A model generated the notes under the pieces. That model saw nothing but the letters and a program-made list of their open reading frames with translations, was not told where the DNA came from and did not search any database. DNA of 64,000 nt, taken from Desulfobacterales bacterium. GTDB taxonomy: Bacteria; Desulfobacterota; Desulfobacteria; Desulfobacterales; UBA2174. The stretch covers positions 426,262 to 490,261 of the forward strand of contig CAXXWC010000010.1 in assembly GCA_963668645.2 (NCBI GenBank). The letters run 5' to 3'. Shown here piece after piece: positions 47,436 to 59,719 of the stretch. Position 1 is the first letter of the stretch, and each line of letters begins with the position of its first letter. The position numbers were made by a program, and so were the translations under genes.

Positions 47436-49014
47436 GTAAGCGTTCACGGGGTAAAGGAAACCGTGGTCTGAGCTATATCCAAGACAGATCGGGCTTGTCG
47501 TTGTTGAAGAACGATTCGATGCAGAGTTCCAGGGTCTGGAAGGTTGATTTCGCTTTTAACCGACAAGTTTCCTTCAGGGAGAGGATACGTTCTACCCAGC
47601 GATTTCCTTTTTCACTTTGGGTGCCGAGGCTGCGCTTTCGCCACAAAACCCCGAAGCGAAGCGCCCGTTCGGCCCGGTTGTTGGTCGGCTCCACGCCCTC
47701 GTGTTCGATGAAGAACCAAAGCGAGTCGATTTCGCGTAAAATCTGTCGAGCCAGCTGGCCAGCGTCGGATTTATCGGGCTCCCACAGAGACAGCGCGAAC
47801 AACAGTTGTGCGTAATACTGCTGCCATTGTCGCGGCGGCGGTGGATCTTTGGCAAATTGAATCAACTGCCGAAGCAAGGATGCCATGATGTGCCCGAAGC
47901 GTCGTAGATCAGGTTTTTCCCTCTCGCACAAGGCATCGGCCTTGCGGATCAGATGGGCAAGACAAGTTTGGCGCCCATGAACCCAGTTTCGGTATAGGCC
48001 GTAGGAGTCGCTGACCAGAATTCCTCGCCAATCCTGGATCAGCTGGTTGAAGGCATCCTTGGAACGGTGGGCATCGATACGATAGAAGGCCACCCGATCA
48101 TTGACCATGGCCCACAGCCACTGAAGGCCGTTTTGGTTAAACCAGGACGTCTCGTCAATGTAATTGCACAGCGAACTGCGGGCCACGTCCCCGATGGCTT
48201 TATATGCCGGAGTAATGGCCTCCGAAGCCCGGTCGACGATTTTCTGAATGGTGCCCGTGGCGATGGGCATACGCAGAACCGATTCGCATATATGCTTGAC
48301 ATCGTTTCGGCTCATCGCCTTGATGCCGCTCAACTCGGCGATCAACGCACTCAATCGCGGACCGTATCCATAGCGAACCGGCTCGGGCAGCACGGCCTTG
48401 ACAGTTTTCCCACAGCTGGGACAGTCGCAGCGGTGAAGTATAAAATGGCTGATCTCCATTTGGATTTCGGGCAGCTCGATATGCTGATGGGTATAAAACG
48501 GTTCCATCCGGCTTCCTCCGAAGTCGGTGTTGCCGCAACGACAGCGTTCGGGCATCAACGCATGAGATTTATTTGGACTCAGCATTTGCTGCTTGTAGGC
48601 CTTATGGCCTTTCTGGCCGCCCTTGGGGCGACTTCCTTTTTTTCCATTCTTCCGGCCGGATCGGTCAAACGGGCTGTCGGATGACGGCGGCTTGCTGGAG
48701 TTTCGAGAATTTTCCCGGGTCTTCACCTCCAGCTTTTCGATTCGCTTGCCGTAATCGTCAACTTGCTTCTGCAGATTATGCAAAGCCTGCTCGAGGTAAA
48801 GGATATAGTGCCGGACAGGTTCCGGCGTAAGATGCCATTCAAGGTCTGTGAAGGGTCTTTTCGTCTCCATGGAAAAGAGCCTATCACACTAGAAAACGAA
48901 TGTCTAGATTTTTTTAACAATTTCAATACTTTATGTCATAATGTATCTTTCTCTTGTGAATTCAGCACGTTAGACTTCGGAATTGTAACTCCGGGATACC
49001 CCGTGAACGCTTAC
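47436..49014 (-). mobile_element. IS66 family element, copy 2 (1579 bp)
   Basis: Same IRs and near-identical to copy 1. 8-bp TSD CCGTGCCG (47428-47435 and 49015-49022). Confidence 0.95.
47473..48870 (-). CDS. IS66 family transposase
   Basis: 465 aa. Differs from copy 1 at CERK/EK and IQS/FAK. Confidence 0.95.
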   Translation of the reverse strand: METKRPFTDLEWHLTPEPVRHYILYLEQALHNLQKQVDDYGKRIEKLEVKTRENSRNSSKPPSSDSPFDRSGRKNGKKGSRPKGGQKGHKAYKQQMLSPNKSHALMPERCRCGNTDFGGSRMEPFYTHQHIELPEIQMEISHFILHRCDCPSCGKTVKAVLPEPVRYGYGPRLSALIAELSGIKAMSRNDVKHICESVLRMPIATGTIQKIVDRASEAITPAYKAIGDVARSSLCNYIDETSWFNQNGLQWLWAMVNDRVAFYRIDAHRSKDAFNQLIQDWRGILVSDSYGLYRNWVHGRQTCLAHLIRKADALCEREKPDLRRFGHIMASLLRQLIQFAKDPPPPRQWQQYYAQLLFALSLWEPDKSDAGQLARQILREIDSLWFFIEHEGVEPTNNRAERALRFGVLWRKRSLGTQSEKGNRWVERILSLKETCRLKAKSTFQTLELCIESFFNNDKPDLSWI

Positions 49015-51794
49015 CCGTGCCGAAACGAAGAAGTTATATCGCACCATCAGCACCGTTTTGGCAAAGGGGATAGAGCGGCTGATCCTCTGGGATGACCGTG
49101 TCGCCGTCAAACAGGCTCTGGATCGGGAACTATCGGCTCACCAGCTCATTGAGTACGCCTTTATAATTCGCGATGAACAAGTTTACATGAGCACATTTAC
49201 CGCAGCGACCCCGACCTGCCTTCTCCACTCCCCCACCAGGACCGACGGCTCTGCTTTCTTTCGGGAGTTTCAGGGCGTCGATGGCGCTGTTTATTATGAT
49301 ATATCCGCACCTGTAGGTGAAACCGGTGCCGTCCTTCGAATAGGGATGAGACGCCGCGACATAGACAAGCAAATATTTCATTCTCTGGGCGCCATTTCCC
49401 TGGTCAGTCTTATCGTCCTCATGTTGGGAATCCTCTTTTCTTACCGGATCGCTTTTCACGCCACAAAAGAAATCAGGTTGCTTTCCGACTCAATCCGGTT
49501 TTACCTGGAACAAGGGGATGAAACACGTTTCAAAGATATGGATCACATGTCAGATGTTACCCAATTGGTACAATCATTCGTCTCCCTTATATCAGAGCAA
49601 AAACGGATGGAGCAGGCACTGCTGGAAAGTGAAGATAAATTCAAATATGTGTTCGAATCTGCAAATGTCGGCAAATCAATCACCGTCCCTTCAGGCAAGA
49701 TATATATCAACAAGGCTTTTTCCGATCTATTGGGATACAGGCGGGAAGAGTTGATGGATAAAAGCTGGCAGGAGCTGACGCCGTCCGAGGACATTGAATC
49801 AACCCAGACCATACTCGACTCACTGATGAACGGCAAGAACGATTCTACCCGATTCACCAAAAGATATATCCACAGAAACGGTTCTTTTATCTGGGCTGAT
49901 GTCAGCATAACCGTACGCCGGGATGAAGGCGGCAAGGCCCTTCAATTCATCCTCACGATGGTCGACATCACCGAGCGCATACGTTATGAACAGCGTGTCG
50001 ACCACTTGAATCGTGTCCTCCGGGCATTACGCGGCGTAAACCAGCTGATCCTGCATGAGCGCGACCTCCAGACGCTGATCCGTGAAAGCTGTCGCTTGTT
50101 GGCGGAAAATCGCGGCTACTCCTCGGCCTTTATCGTGCTTACCGACGAAAACGGCAGATCCACTTCATGGGCCGGAGCGGGAATCGCAGGCGCATCTGAC
50201 AGACTGGAAGCATTGCTAAGCCGCGGGGAGCGGCTCCCCTGCTTCCGCATCGTTCGGAATGCCGCCGATGTTGTCGCGATTGACGATCGCTCCGGCGTTT
50301 GCCGTGGCTGCCCCATATCCAGAGCCTTCGATCAGGCGACCTCCTTATGCGCACGGCTAATCCATAAAAACGAAACCCTCGGCTATATTCTTACCGTTCT
50401 GGACCGCGACATCAATATAGACGATGAGGAGCTCGGCCTCTTTTCCGAAATGGCCGGTGATATCGCATACGCCATAAGTTTTATCCGGCTGGGAACCAAT
50501 CTTAAGGCTTCTGAACAAAATCGCCAAAAACTGCAAGACCAGCTGATCCAGGCCCAAAAAATGGAGTCTGTGGGAAGACTGGCCGGAGGTGTGGCCCATG
50601 ATTTCAACAACATGCTCAGCGTTATTCTCGGCTATTCGGAGATCTTGTTGGAATCGCTGAAGCCGGACGACGCCACCTACCCGGCCGTGGTCGAGATCCA
50701 GGACGCGGCCCGGCGCTCGGCAGACATCACCCGCCAGCTGCTGGCCTTTGCCCGGCGCCAGGCCATCGCCCCCAGGGTCATCAACCTGAACGAAGCGGTC
50801 ACGGGAATGATCAAAATGCTGCGGCGCTTGATCGGAGAGAACATCGATCTTGCCTGGCTGCCGGGAGCGTCGCTCTGGCCGGTGAAACTCGATCCTTCCC
50901 AGATCGACCAGATCCTGGCCAACCTGTGCGTCAACGCGCGGGACGCCATCGAGGCAGCCGGCCGGATAACCATCGAAACCGAAAACTTCAGCTTCGATGC
51001 GGCTGGCGGCACCGAATATCCGGGACTCGTGGATGGCGATTACGTGCTTTTGGTTGTCAGCGACGACGGTTACGGCATGGACCGTACCACCCTGCAAACC
51101 ATCTTCGAGCCTTTCTTCACCACCAAAAAGGAAGGCCGCGGCACGGGATTGGGCCTGTCTACCGTGTACGGCATCGTCAAGCAGAACAACGGCTTTATCA
51201 ACGTTTACAGCGAGGCCGGCAAAGGGTCGACCTTCCGCATTTATCTGCCGCGCTACACTGGGCAGATAGAGGTGGCAACACAGAGCGAAGCCGTCACCGA
51301 ATCGCTTCACAGCTGTGGCGAGACGATCCTGCTCGTCGAGGACGAGGTGCCCATCCTAAAGCTGGAAAGGGAAATCCTCAAAAGCCTGGATTACGAGGTG
51401 CTGAGTTCGTCCAACCCGCAAAAAGCCTTGGATATGGCCTCCCGGCACGCAGGTAGGATCGATCTTTTGATCAGCGACGTGGTGATGCCGGAGATGAACG
51501 GCCCTGAATTGGCCGCTGAACTGGCCCGGCTTTACCCGGATATCAAAACCCTGTACGTCTCGGGCTACACGGCCAACGTGATCGCCCAGCACGGCGTACT
51601 CGATAAGGACGTGCACTTCATTGCGAAACCGTTTTCCAAAAAAAGTCTGGCTCACAAGGTGCGGGAAGTTCTGGAAAGCGGCAAAAAGTCGGTGCGCGGC
51701 TGAGCCCATTTCCAAAACAGATCAATGTGGTTCGTATGGTGGAAAACGGCGGCCCGATCGGGCGAAAAAAGGCGGTCGGATCGAAATTGATCGT

Positions 51795-52874
51795 CTATGC
51801 AAATTTAAAAAGCAGGCTCTCGTCTTCGTCCTTATACTCTTCCATGATCCTCAGTATTTCAGCTTCGGTAGCAAAGAAGGCATCCACCACGTCCGGATTG
51901 AAATGGGTGCCTTTTCCATCCCTTATGATCGAGTAGGCTTTTTCCAGGCTGAAAGGTTCTTTATAAGGTCTTCGGGTCGTCAGGGCATCGAACACGTCTG
52001 CAATGGCGACGATCTGCCCGACCAGGGGAATCTGCTTACCTTTGAGCCCGTTGGGATATCCGCTGCCGTCCCACTTTTCATGATGGGTCAGTGCAATCAC
52101 CTCGCCCAGCCGGATATAACCCGCCTTGGAATTCGACAGGATTCTTCCCCCGATAGTGGTATGCTGTTTCATTATTTCCCACTCCTGGGCATCGAGCTTG
52201 CCGGGTTTCAACAGGATCCGATCCGGGATCCCGATCTTGCCGATATCATGCATGGGAGCCGCGTAGAGGATCCACCCGATAGTCTTCTCCTTAACGCCCA
52301 ACTGCCGGGCCACGGCTGCCGAGTAGTTGCTCATCCTCAGGATGTGTGCCCCGGTGTCCTCGTCTCTGTATTCTGCCGCCTGGGTCAGGCGGTGTATGGT
52401 TTCAAGGGACCCCTGCTTGATGTTTTCCATGGCCTGCTCCAACATGGCGGTCTTCTCGGCGACCTTTTCCTCCAGATACTGCTTTTGGTTATAAAGAGTT
52501 AGATGTGTCCTTACCCTCGCGCTGACAATGGGCGGGCTTACCGGTTTGGTGATAAAGTCGACTGCGCCCAGTTGAAACCCGAGTTTTTCATTTGCCACCT
52601 CATCCATCGCCGTAACGAAAATGACGGGTATCTGCTGGGTCTCGGCCCTTTCCTTTAAACGCCGGCATACTTCATAGCCGTCCATCCCCGGCATCATGAT
52701 ATCCAGCAGGATAAGGTCCGGCGGCGTCCTGCCGCCGGCAATCTCCAAGGCCTTTTCCCCACTCAGGGCAACCTTGATGTTATAATCGGCCATCAAAATT
52801 TTTCCCATGGCATCGATGTTTTCGGATACGTCGTCTACAACGAGTACGGTCTGTCTGGTTTGCAGGGTCGCCAT
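51795..52874 (-). CDS. Response regulator with HD-GYP c-di-GMP phosphodiesterase domain (RpfG-like)
   Basis: REC domain (VVDD, LLDIMMP, KP) plus AEYRDEDTGAH, HDIGKIG, HHEKWDGSGYP, ADVFDAL. RBS AAGGAG. Confidence 0.95.
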   Translation of the reverse strand: MATLQTRQTVLVVDDVSENIDAMGKILMADYNIKVALSGEKALEIAGGRTPPDLILLDIMMPGMDGYEVCRRLKERAETQQIPVIFVTAMDEVANEKLGFQLGAVDFITKPVSPPIVSARVRTHLTLYNQKQYLEEKVAEKTAMLEQAMENIKQGSLETIHRLTQAAEYRDEDTGAHILRMSNYSAAVARQLGVKEKTIGWILYAAPMHDIGKIGIPDRILLKPGKLDAQEWEIMKQHTTIGGRILSNSKAGYIRLGEVIALTHHEKWDGSGYPNGLKGKQIPLVGQIVAIADVFDALTTRRPYKEPFSLEKAYSIIRDGKGTHFNPDVVDAFFATEAEILRIMEEYKDEDESLLFKFA

Positions 52875-52875
52875 A

Positions 52876-55800
52876 TCATTCTCCTTCCGCTTTAGAAGCC
52901 AGCTTTTTTCGAACCGCGGATAGCTGATCCAGGGCCGCCGGATAATCATAACCCTCAACAGCTTCTTTAAGTGGCTTTATATCTTCAGCCATTTGAACCG
53001 CACGGGATAGTCTGGCGATTTGTGAAATCATTGCATTGGCTTCAAAACTATCCTCTCTAAGCAGGGCCTCCAGCGCATCGAGCTTTGACAACAAAGAATG
53101 CATATCCGCGGGTTCCGAAGGCGGATCGTCCTTTTTGCCGGGTTGGCGCAACGCTTTGATCACGGTGCCAATCGCGTCGATCGTTTGATCCACCCGGCGC
53201 TGAACCCCCGCCAAGTCGTCTCGCGAAACACGCCCAGGTTCGGATGACAGGCGGGTTTCCAGATTCCTGGCCGCAACGGCCAACTCGCCCGCACCGATGG
53301 TTCCGGCAAGGCCTTTCAATGTATGTGCCGATCGAACAGCCGACTCCAGATCACCGTTTGCCGCGTCATCGGCTATCCTTTCGGCCACGTCACTATTTTC
53401 TTGGGCAAATCGCTGGAGTGCGCGGCAATACATTTCCCGATCTCCCTGGAAACGTCCAAGGCCGTCGGCAACATCCAACCCCGGCACCGACTTGATCTGC
53501 GGATCGATCCCGACCTTGGCCGCACTCCGGAAAGCAGGCACCTCGCGACCGGACAAGAACAGTGCCGGGGCGACCCATTTTGCCAGGGTCGCATACAGAT
53601 CCGAAGGGGAAATAGGCTTGTCCACCTGGTCATTCATGCCTGCGGCCTTCGCCTTTTCCCGATCGTCTCTCAGGACGTTGGCCGTCATGGCGATTATGGG
53701 CAGTTTCCGACCCCCTGTTTCCCGGCTGCGGATGCAGCGGGCGGCTTCATAGCCGTCCATTACCGGCATCTGGATATCCATTAAAACGGCATCGAAAGCT
53801 GCGCCTTCAAGCGCATCGAGGGCTTCCTTTCCGTTGTTTACAACCGTCACCTTCACGCCCACGGACTGCAGCAGCCCGCGCGCCACATCCTGGTTCGTCA
53901 GGTTGTCCTCCACCAAGAGGACCTTGATATATTTGAGCGCTGCGAGTATGGCGCTATCGGCCGTAACAACCGATTTGCGCTGTTTCTTTCTTTCTCCCGG
54001 TTTGCCGAAGCTCTCCATTATACTGTCAAAAAGCAAAGATCGATTCACGGGTTTGGTTAAAAATCCGTCCAGGCCGATCTCCTCGGCTTTGCGCATTACT
54101 TCCTCGCGCCCGAATGCCGTTACCATTATGATGGTCGGTGTTTTGGAAAGACGTTTGTTTCGCTTAATCTGGCGCGATGCCTCCAGCCCGTCCATCTTCG
54201 GCATTTTCCAGTCCATCAGCACCAGCTTGAAGGGCTCACTCGCATCCATCGCCTTTTCAAGAAGGTCGATCGCTTCCCACCCGCTTGAGGCCGTTTTCAC
54301 TTCAAAGCTGAAGCTTTCCAGCATAGCTTTGATAATTGACTGGAAGGTGTCGTTATCATCGACCACCAGCACTTTCATCCCTCTGAGATCCGTCGACTGG
54401 ATCAACGGGTCGACGTTTTTCTCCGGGAGATAACTGAAGGTCAGGATAAAGTTGAAGGTACTTCCTTTTTCAGGTTCGCTTTCCACCCATATGTCGCCGC
54501 CCATGAGATTCGTCAGCCTTCGGCTGATGGCAAGGCCCAGCCCCGTCCCTCCGAATTTCCGCGTGGTGGAGGCGTCCGCCTGGGTGAATGGACGAAATAG
54601 ACTTCGAATCTGCTCGGCCTTCAGCCCAATACCTGTATCCCGCACTGCAAAATGCAGTGTGGCGCGGTCAGGCCTGACTTCCTTTGCGGTAATGCTTACC
54701 ACGACTTCACCTTTATCGGTAAATTTGACTGCATTGTTTACTATATTGATAAGGATCTGGCTGAGGCGCAGAGGATCGCCGATAATGTGCATCGGCACTT
54801 CACTCGCTGTGTGAAATAGAAGTTCCAATCCCTTTTCTTGCGCCTTTTCGGCAACAACATCCGAGACTTCACTCATGAGGTTGTCCAATTCGAACGGGAT
54901 TTTTTCGATTTCCAGCCGGCCCGCTTCAATTTTGGAAAAGTCCAAAATATCGTTTATAATTCCAAGCAGTTTACGCCCGGCTGCCTGTATTTTAGAAACA
55001 AAATCTTCCTGGCGTGTCGACATTTCAGTAGTTGCCAGCAGATGAGCCATGCCGAGAATTGCATTCATGGGCGTGCGAATTTCGTGGCTCATATTGGCAA
55101 GAAATTCACTTTTTGCAACGGCGGCCTTTTCCGCTGCATTTTTCGCAATTTCCAACTCGCGTCGAATGAGTTTTTCTTCTGTTATATCACGCCCTTCAGC
55201 CAATAAATAGAGCACGTCTCCTGTTTCCCCGGTAATCGGCTTCAAGGTAAAATCGATGTCTATTTTTTTCCCTTCGGTATCCCTGTGAAGGGTCTCAAAC
55301 CGGACTACCTTGGAAACGGCAGATGATTCAACCGCTTTGCGGATTTTCTGCGACTGTGCCTCATCATTGCCCCACCAGGGCCCGTCCCAAATGAATTTAC
55401 CGTTGACCTGGTCTTCGGTGAGCCCTGACATTTTCAACATGGTTTCGTTGGCCTGGAGCACCCGGCCATCCGTTGACAGCAATTTTCCAAGCTGGAAGCT
55501 CTGGTTGAAAATAACGCGAAACTTCTGTTCGCTTTCCTGCAGCGTCTTTTCAATCCGCTTTCTTTCCATGACATAGCCGAGCTGGCTGCCCACCTCACGG
55601 ATCATGTCGAGAATGGATGGATCCGGTTTCTGGATATCGTCGGAAAAAAATTCCAATACAGCGACCACACCTTGGCCGGTGGTTACGGGAAAGCCGAAAG
55701 CCCCCCGTACGCTGGCATCTTTAAAAAATTTGGCTATAGGGAAATTCCCATCCTTGGTCACATCTTCAATCCAATGCGCCTGCATATCCACGTAAACACG

Positions 55801-57987
55801 TCCCGGCAGACCCTCGCCTCGTTTCAGAAAAGTCTTTTCTGTGATTTCAATGAAACGTTTGAACCGTTCCCGGTCTTTGGTATACCAAAGCCGGGTCGGC
55901 TCGAGCAGCCGGTCGCCGTTTCCCGAAGGCGTATAAACATGACCGATGGGCCATCCGGTGTAGTCCGCGATCAGGTGCAAGGTTGTCTCAAGGGCCTCTT
56001 TGCTGGATCTGGCGGTATTGGCGGTACTGGCCACGTCTTTGAGCAACTTGGCGATGCGTTCCTTTTCGGCAAGAGCCGCCGCCGCCTTTTCAAGATCCCG
56101 GGTCCGGAGCAGAATCCGCGCCTCCAGTTCCTCGTTGAGCGCCAGGATCTCGTCTTCGGCCATTTTGCGGGCGTGGATATCGACGATGCTTCCGATCATG
56201 CGAACCGGATTGCCCTCAGCATCCTTCTTTGCCAGCCCACTGCCTAAAAACCACCGATAACCACCGCCTTTTGTCTTGAGGCGATATTCGATCATAAAAG
56301 GTTTATCGTGTCTGAAATGTTCCTCCACGGCGGAAAAAGTGGCAGCAGCGTCATCCGGGTGCAGCATGTTTTTAAAATTGGTAAGACTGGCGTCGATCTC
56401 GCCGTTGTCATACCCGAGCAATGCGTAGAATTTCGGAGACCACCATTCTTTATCATTTTGCACATCTATCCAGTCCCAGATACCAGCGCTGATGCCGCTC
56501 ACGGCCAGATTGTAGCGGATTTCGCTTTCTACCAGTTCCCGCTCGGCCTGTTTTTTTTCCGTTATATCGCGGGCAATGCCCACCGCCCACCAGTTGTTTT
56601 CTATTTTTACGGCAGCCAGGTTCAAGTCGGCGGGAAACCGCGATCCATCCTTTCTCAAGGCTTCCACTTCGCGCCTTCTGCCGATAGACCGGCCTGTTCC
56701 GGTTTGAACAAATGCACTGAGCCCTTCGGCAGAAACCGCCCTCTGGTCCTCTGGGGTTATGAAATCGTGGATATTTTTGCCCATGATCTCTTGCGCACTG
56801 AACCCGAACATTCTTTCAGCACCTTGATTCCAGAATGCCGCTCTTCCCATGGCATCCACCATAACGATGGCATCCTGAACCGACGCGGTTATCGTGTTCA
56901 ACTTTTTTTCATTCTCTCTGAGCAGATCGTTGGCTCTGATGCGTCTCAAATGAAGATCAGAAAGATATAAGGCCAGCACCACACAAAACACCACTCCGAA
57001 CAGCAGCGCGCCCATCGCTGTATGCCACCATTCCGGTTTGAGCAAATTTTGCGGCACAAAGCTGATTATTTTCCAGGCCTCATCAGCACCGATGCTGACA
57101 AAACCGGTGCCGTTGGACGAGATCAGCCTCACCGGGTTAAGGGTGCGATAGGTGAACAGGCCGTTAGGTGAGATGAACTGGCCGCTTTCAGCAATGGCCA
57201 TACGCGACCATTCATCCGGATAGGCCAACGCCATGGAACGGCTGACATCCTTTTCAAACATGAACAGCCAATCATCTTCGGGTTTCGGCCCCTTAAGCCA
57301 ATGCCCCTTGTCATTGGTCAGGTAAACCGTACCGATGGTGTTGGCACTGATTTGCTTTATCTGATCGAGAATTTTTTCACCGATAAGATTCAATACAACC
57401 AGACCGAATCTCTGGTTGTCTTCGATATCGACGGGGTAGGTGATGCGGATCATCGGTTTATATGGACGCTCGATTTGACCATTCTCAACATTCAAATCGA
57501 AATGGGATATATAAACGGAACGGATCTGTGCCATGCCTTTGGAAAAATAGGACCGCTCCTTTTTGGACTGTAGCGCCGCGGCCGGAACGATAACCGCACC
57601 CGAACCTTTCGTCCAATCGACCCTGATCCTTTCCATGCCATTTTTGTCAATCAATCGAACCTGATTGTAAATCCGCTGGTTTTTTGCATAAGATGAAAAA
57701 ATTTCAGACAATTCACGAAATATTTCATTGCTTTCCAAGTGCTTTGAAAGCTCGACCTTGACGATATCAGCTATTATCACGGCATTGGCAATATGGTTGA
57801 TCATATTTGTTTCAAAAAGGTGCTTTTGCAGATCGGTGATATTCGATTCCCTGAGTTGAGTTTCAGAAATATACAATTTTTCTTCCTGTATGATAATTCC
57901 CCCACCGATTACGAATAAAATCGATGCCAGTGGCAGAAACATCGCCAAAAAGGTTTTCATCCGATCATGAAAATTTATCGAATTCAT
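52876..57987 (-). CDS. Large hybrid histidine kinase (Cache-like, PAS x3, GAF, HisKA, HATPase, 2 REC, HPt)
   Basis: [34 protein letters not shown], two REC domains, [13 protein letters not shown]. Confidence 0.95.
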   Translation of the reverse strand: MNSINFHDRMKTFLAMFLPLASILFVIGGGIIIQEEKLYISETQLRESNITDLQKHLFETNMINHIANAVIIADIVKVELSKHLESNEIFRELSEIFSSYAKNQRIYNQVRLIDKNGMERIRVDWTKGSGAVIVPAAALQSKKERSYFSKGMAQIRSVYISHFDLNVENGQIERPYKPMIRITYPVDIEDNQRFGLVVLNLIGEKILDQIKQISANTIGTVYLTNDKGHWLKGPKPEDDWLFMFEKDVSRSMALAYPDEWSRMAIAESGQFISPNGLFTYRTLNPVRLISSNGTGFVSIGADEAWKIISFVPQNLLKPEWWHTAMGALLFGVVFCVVLALYLSDLHLRRIRANDLLRENEKKLNTITASVQDAIVMVDAMGRAAFWNQGAERMFGFSAQEIMGKNIHDFITPEDQRAVSAEGLSAFVQTGTGRSIGRRREVEALRKDGSRFPADLNLAAVKIENNWWAVGIARDITEKKQAERELVESEIRYNLAVSGISAGIWDWIDVQNDKEWWSPKFYALLGYDNGEIDASLTNFKNMLHPDDAAATFSAVEEHFRHDKPFMIEYRLKTKGGGYRWFLGSGLAKKDAEGNPVRMIGSIVDIHARKMAEDEILALNEELEARILLRTRDLEKAAAALAEKERIAKLLKDVASTANTARSSKEALETTLHLIADYTGWPIGHVYTPSGNGDRLLEPTRLWYTKDRERFKRFIEITEKTFLKRGEGLPGRVYVDMQAHWIEDVTKDGNFPIAKFFKDASVRGAFGFPVTTGQGVVAVLEFFSDDIQKPDPSILDMIREVGSQLGYVMERKRIEKTLQESEQKFRVIFNQSFQLGKLLSTDGRVLQANETMLKMSGLTEDQVNGKFIWDGPWWGNDEAQSQKIRKAVESSAVSKVVRFETLHRDTEGKKIDIDFTLKPITGETGDVLYLLAEGRDITEEKLIRRELEIAKNAAEKAAVAKSEFLANMSHEIRTPMNAILGMAHLLATTEMSTRQEDFVSKIQAAGRKLLGIINDILDFSKIEAGRLEIEKIPFELDNLMSEVSDVVAEKAQEKGLELLFHTASEVPMHIIGDPLRLSQILINIVNNAVKFTDKGEVVVSITAKEVRPDRATLHFAVRDTGIGLKAEQIRSLFRPFTQADASTTRKFGGTGLGLAISRRLTNLMGGDIWVESEPEKGSTFNFILTFSYLPEKNVDPLIQSTDLRGMKVLVVDDNDTFQSIIKAMLESFSFEVKTASSGWEAIDLLEKAMDASEPFKLVLMDWKMPKMDGLEASRQIKRNKRLSKTPTIIMVTAFGREEVMRKAEEIGLDGFLTKPVNRSLLFDSIMESFGKPGERKKQRKSVVTADSAILAALKYIKVLLVEDNLTNQDVARGLLQSVGVKVTVVNNGKEALDALEGAAFDAVLMDIQMPVMDGYEAARCIRSRETGGRKLPIIAMTANVLRDDREKAKAAGMNDQVDKPISPSDLYATLAKWVAPALFLSGREVPAFRSAAKVGIDPQIKSVPGLDVADGLGRFQGDREMYCRALQRFAQENSDVAERIADDAANGDLESAVRSAHTLKGLAGTIGAGELAVAARNLETRLSSEPGRVSRDDLAGVQRRVDQTIDAIGTVIKALRQPGKKDDPPSEPADMHSLLSKLDALEALLREDSFEANAMISQIARLSRAVQMAEDIKPLKEAVEGYDYPAALDQLSAVRKKLASKAEGE

Positions 57988-58477
57988 TGTTGGATATTCC
58001 TTATCTCTTTTCGATTCAACAGCCCAGCAACCATATGGGCAGATCAGGTGCGACGGGAAACGAGACGCATAAAAGCGCCATTGGTTCGACTATCAAAATC
58101 CGGACCGCCAGAGGCTGTCGAGACGCGCCCGAAACCCGCCTTGCAGTGGGCAGGCCGGCGCTGTCGGTGCCCCCCAGCGCCTCCGGTGCAGCACGGCTTG
58201 CCGAAAAAAGCCCCCCGGTCTTACGGGCTGTGCTTTTCAAAACCCGCCGTACCCGGCAACCGCGAGCCGCTCACAGGCGCTTGTCTCATTTTCCCGATGA
58301 GAACCGATTATATACAGTAAATCGAATAATATCAAATATTCTGGTGGCGGTGCGCCCGGTTTTCATCGCATAGGCAGAAAGAGGCAACAAAGAGACAGGA
58401 TCGGGTCTTTATTTGCCTTTCCAGATGGTCTATCCGCTTATGGTGGTATAACAGTGTCAACGACGTACAGGAGAAAA

Positions 58478-59686
58478 ATGATGCGCTACAGAACCATGCC
58501 CCAAAACGGGGACAGGCTTTCCATCCTGGGATTCGGGTGCATGCGGTTGCCAATGGACAGCGGCCGCATCGATGAGGCCCGGGCCATCGCCCAGATCCGC
58601 CATGCGATCGACAACGGTGTCAACTATGTGGACACGGCCTGGCCTTACCACAACGGCCAGAGCGAACCGCTGCTTGCAAAAGCCTTGAAGGACGGCTACC
58701 GGCAGCAGGTCAAGGTCGCCACCAAACTGCCCTCCTGGCTGATCAAGCGCCGCGAGGACATGGACCGCTACCTCGATGCCCAACTGGCACGGCTGGAAAC
58801 CGATCACATCGACTACTACCTGCTGCACACCCTCGACGGCGGTTCCTGGGACAAGCTCGCGGCCCTCGGTGTGGCCGACTTTCTCGACAGGGCCCGCTCC
58901 GACGGGCGCATCGGCAACGCCGGTTTTTCCTTCCACGGCCTGGGGGTCGATTTCAAACGCATAGTCGATGCCTATCCCTGGGTATTTTGCCAGATTCAGT
59001 ACAACTACCTCGACCAGCAAAACCAGGCCGGCACAGAGGGACTGCAGTATGCCGCGGCCCGGAACCTGGGAGTAATCGTCATGGAGCCGCTGCACGGCGG
59101 CAACCTGGCCCTGCCCACGCCACCGCCGGCAGTGGGCGCCATCTGGGACACGGCCGCCGTAAGGCACACCCCGGTGGAATGGGCTCTGCGATGGATATGG
59201 CACCACCCGGAGGTCACGGTGGTGCTTTCCGGAATGAACGATGAGGCCCATATCGCCGAGAACCTCGCCATCGCGGACAGTGCCGAGGCCGGTGCCTTGA
59301 ACGCCGCGGAACTCGACCTGGTTGAACGGGTACGCCGCACGTACAACCGGCTGATGAAGGTCGGCTGCACCGGCTGCGGCTACTGCATGCCCTGCCCGTC
59401 GGGAGTGGCGATTCCGGTCTGCTTCGAGATGTACAACAAGATGCATCTTTTCGGAGGAGCCGAGGCAATCAAGTTCAGCTACGCTTTGCGCATGAGCGGG
59501 ACCCTGCAGGACAGTGCGCCGAGCTGGGCCTCTCTGTGTGTCGGTTGCGGCGAGTGCTTGGAAAAATGCCCCCAGGGCATCAGCGTGCCGGAAGTCCTGG
59601 AGGATGTGGCCGCCGTTTTCGAAGACCAGGGACTGGAAGAACGGCTGGCCATCGCGGGGCGGCTCTTTACCGAAAAGTCGAACTGA
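58478..59686 (+). CDS. Aldo/keto reductase with C-terminal 4Fe-4S dicluster
   Basis: LGFGCMRLP, YVDTAWPYH, ATKLP, DYYLLH, GFSFH, CTGCGYCMPCP, CVGCGECLEKCPQ. Confidence 0.92.
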   Translation: MMRYRTMPQNGDRLSILGFGCMRLPMDSGRIDEARAIAQIRHAIDNGVNYVDTAWPYHNGQSEPLLAKALKDGYRQQVKVATKLPSWLIKRREDMDRYLDAQLARLETDHIDYYLLHTLDGGSWDKLAALGVADFLDRARSDGRIGNAGFSFHGLGVDFKRIVDAYPWVFCQIQYNYLDQQNQAGTEGLQYAAARNLGVIVMEPLHGGNLALPTPPPAVGAIWDTAAVRHTPVEWALRWIWHHPEVTVVLSGMNDEAHIAENLAIADSAEAGALNAAELDLVERVRRTYNRLMKVGCTGCGYCMPCPSGVAIPVCFEMYNKMHLFGGAEAIKFSYALRMSGTLQDSAPSWASLCVGCGECLEKCPQGISVPEVLEDVAAVFEDQGLEERLAIAGRLFTEKSN

Positions 59687-59719
59687 CCGCTCCCGGCAGG
59701 CGCTTGCACCCAAGGCCGG

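Larger units (their letters stand above)
47330..51703 (+). pseudogene. Hybrid sensor histidine kinase (TM, PAS, GAF, HisKA/HATPase, REC) split by IS66
   Basis: ATG overlaps the phnD stop (TAATG). MLKIKIF...YENRA joins in frame to ETKKLYRTISTVLAKGIERL after IS removal. [34 protein letters not shown] in the downstream ORF 49058-51703. Confidence 0.9.

Noticed and set aside
37605..49014. Composite transposon that arrived as one unit
   Set aside because: Each IS66 copy has its own distinct 8-bp TSD and interrupts its own gene.
51621..52502. 293-aa plus-strand ORF
   Set aside because: Antisense to the HD-GYP response regulator.
58190..58290. Possible c-di-GMP-I riboswitch (AAAGCCCCCCGGTCTTACGGG)
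   Set aside because: Only a fragment resembles the consensus. The upstream GNRA stem and closing pairing could not be found.
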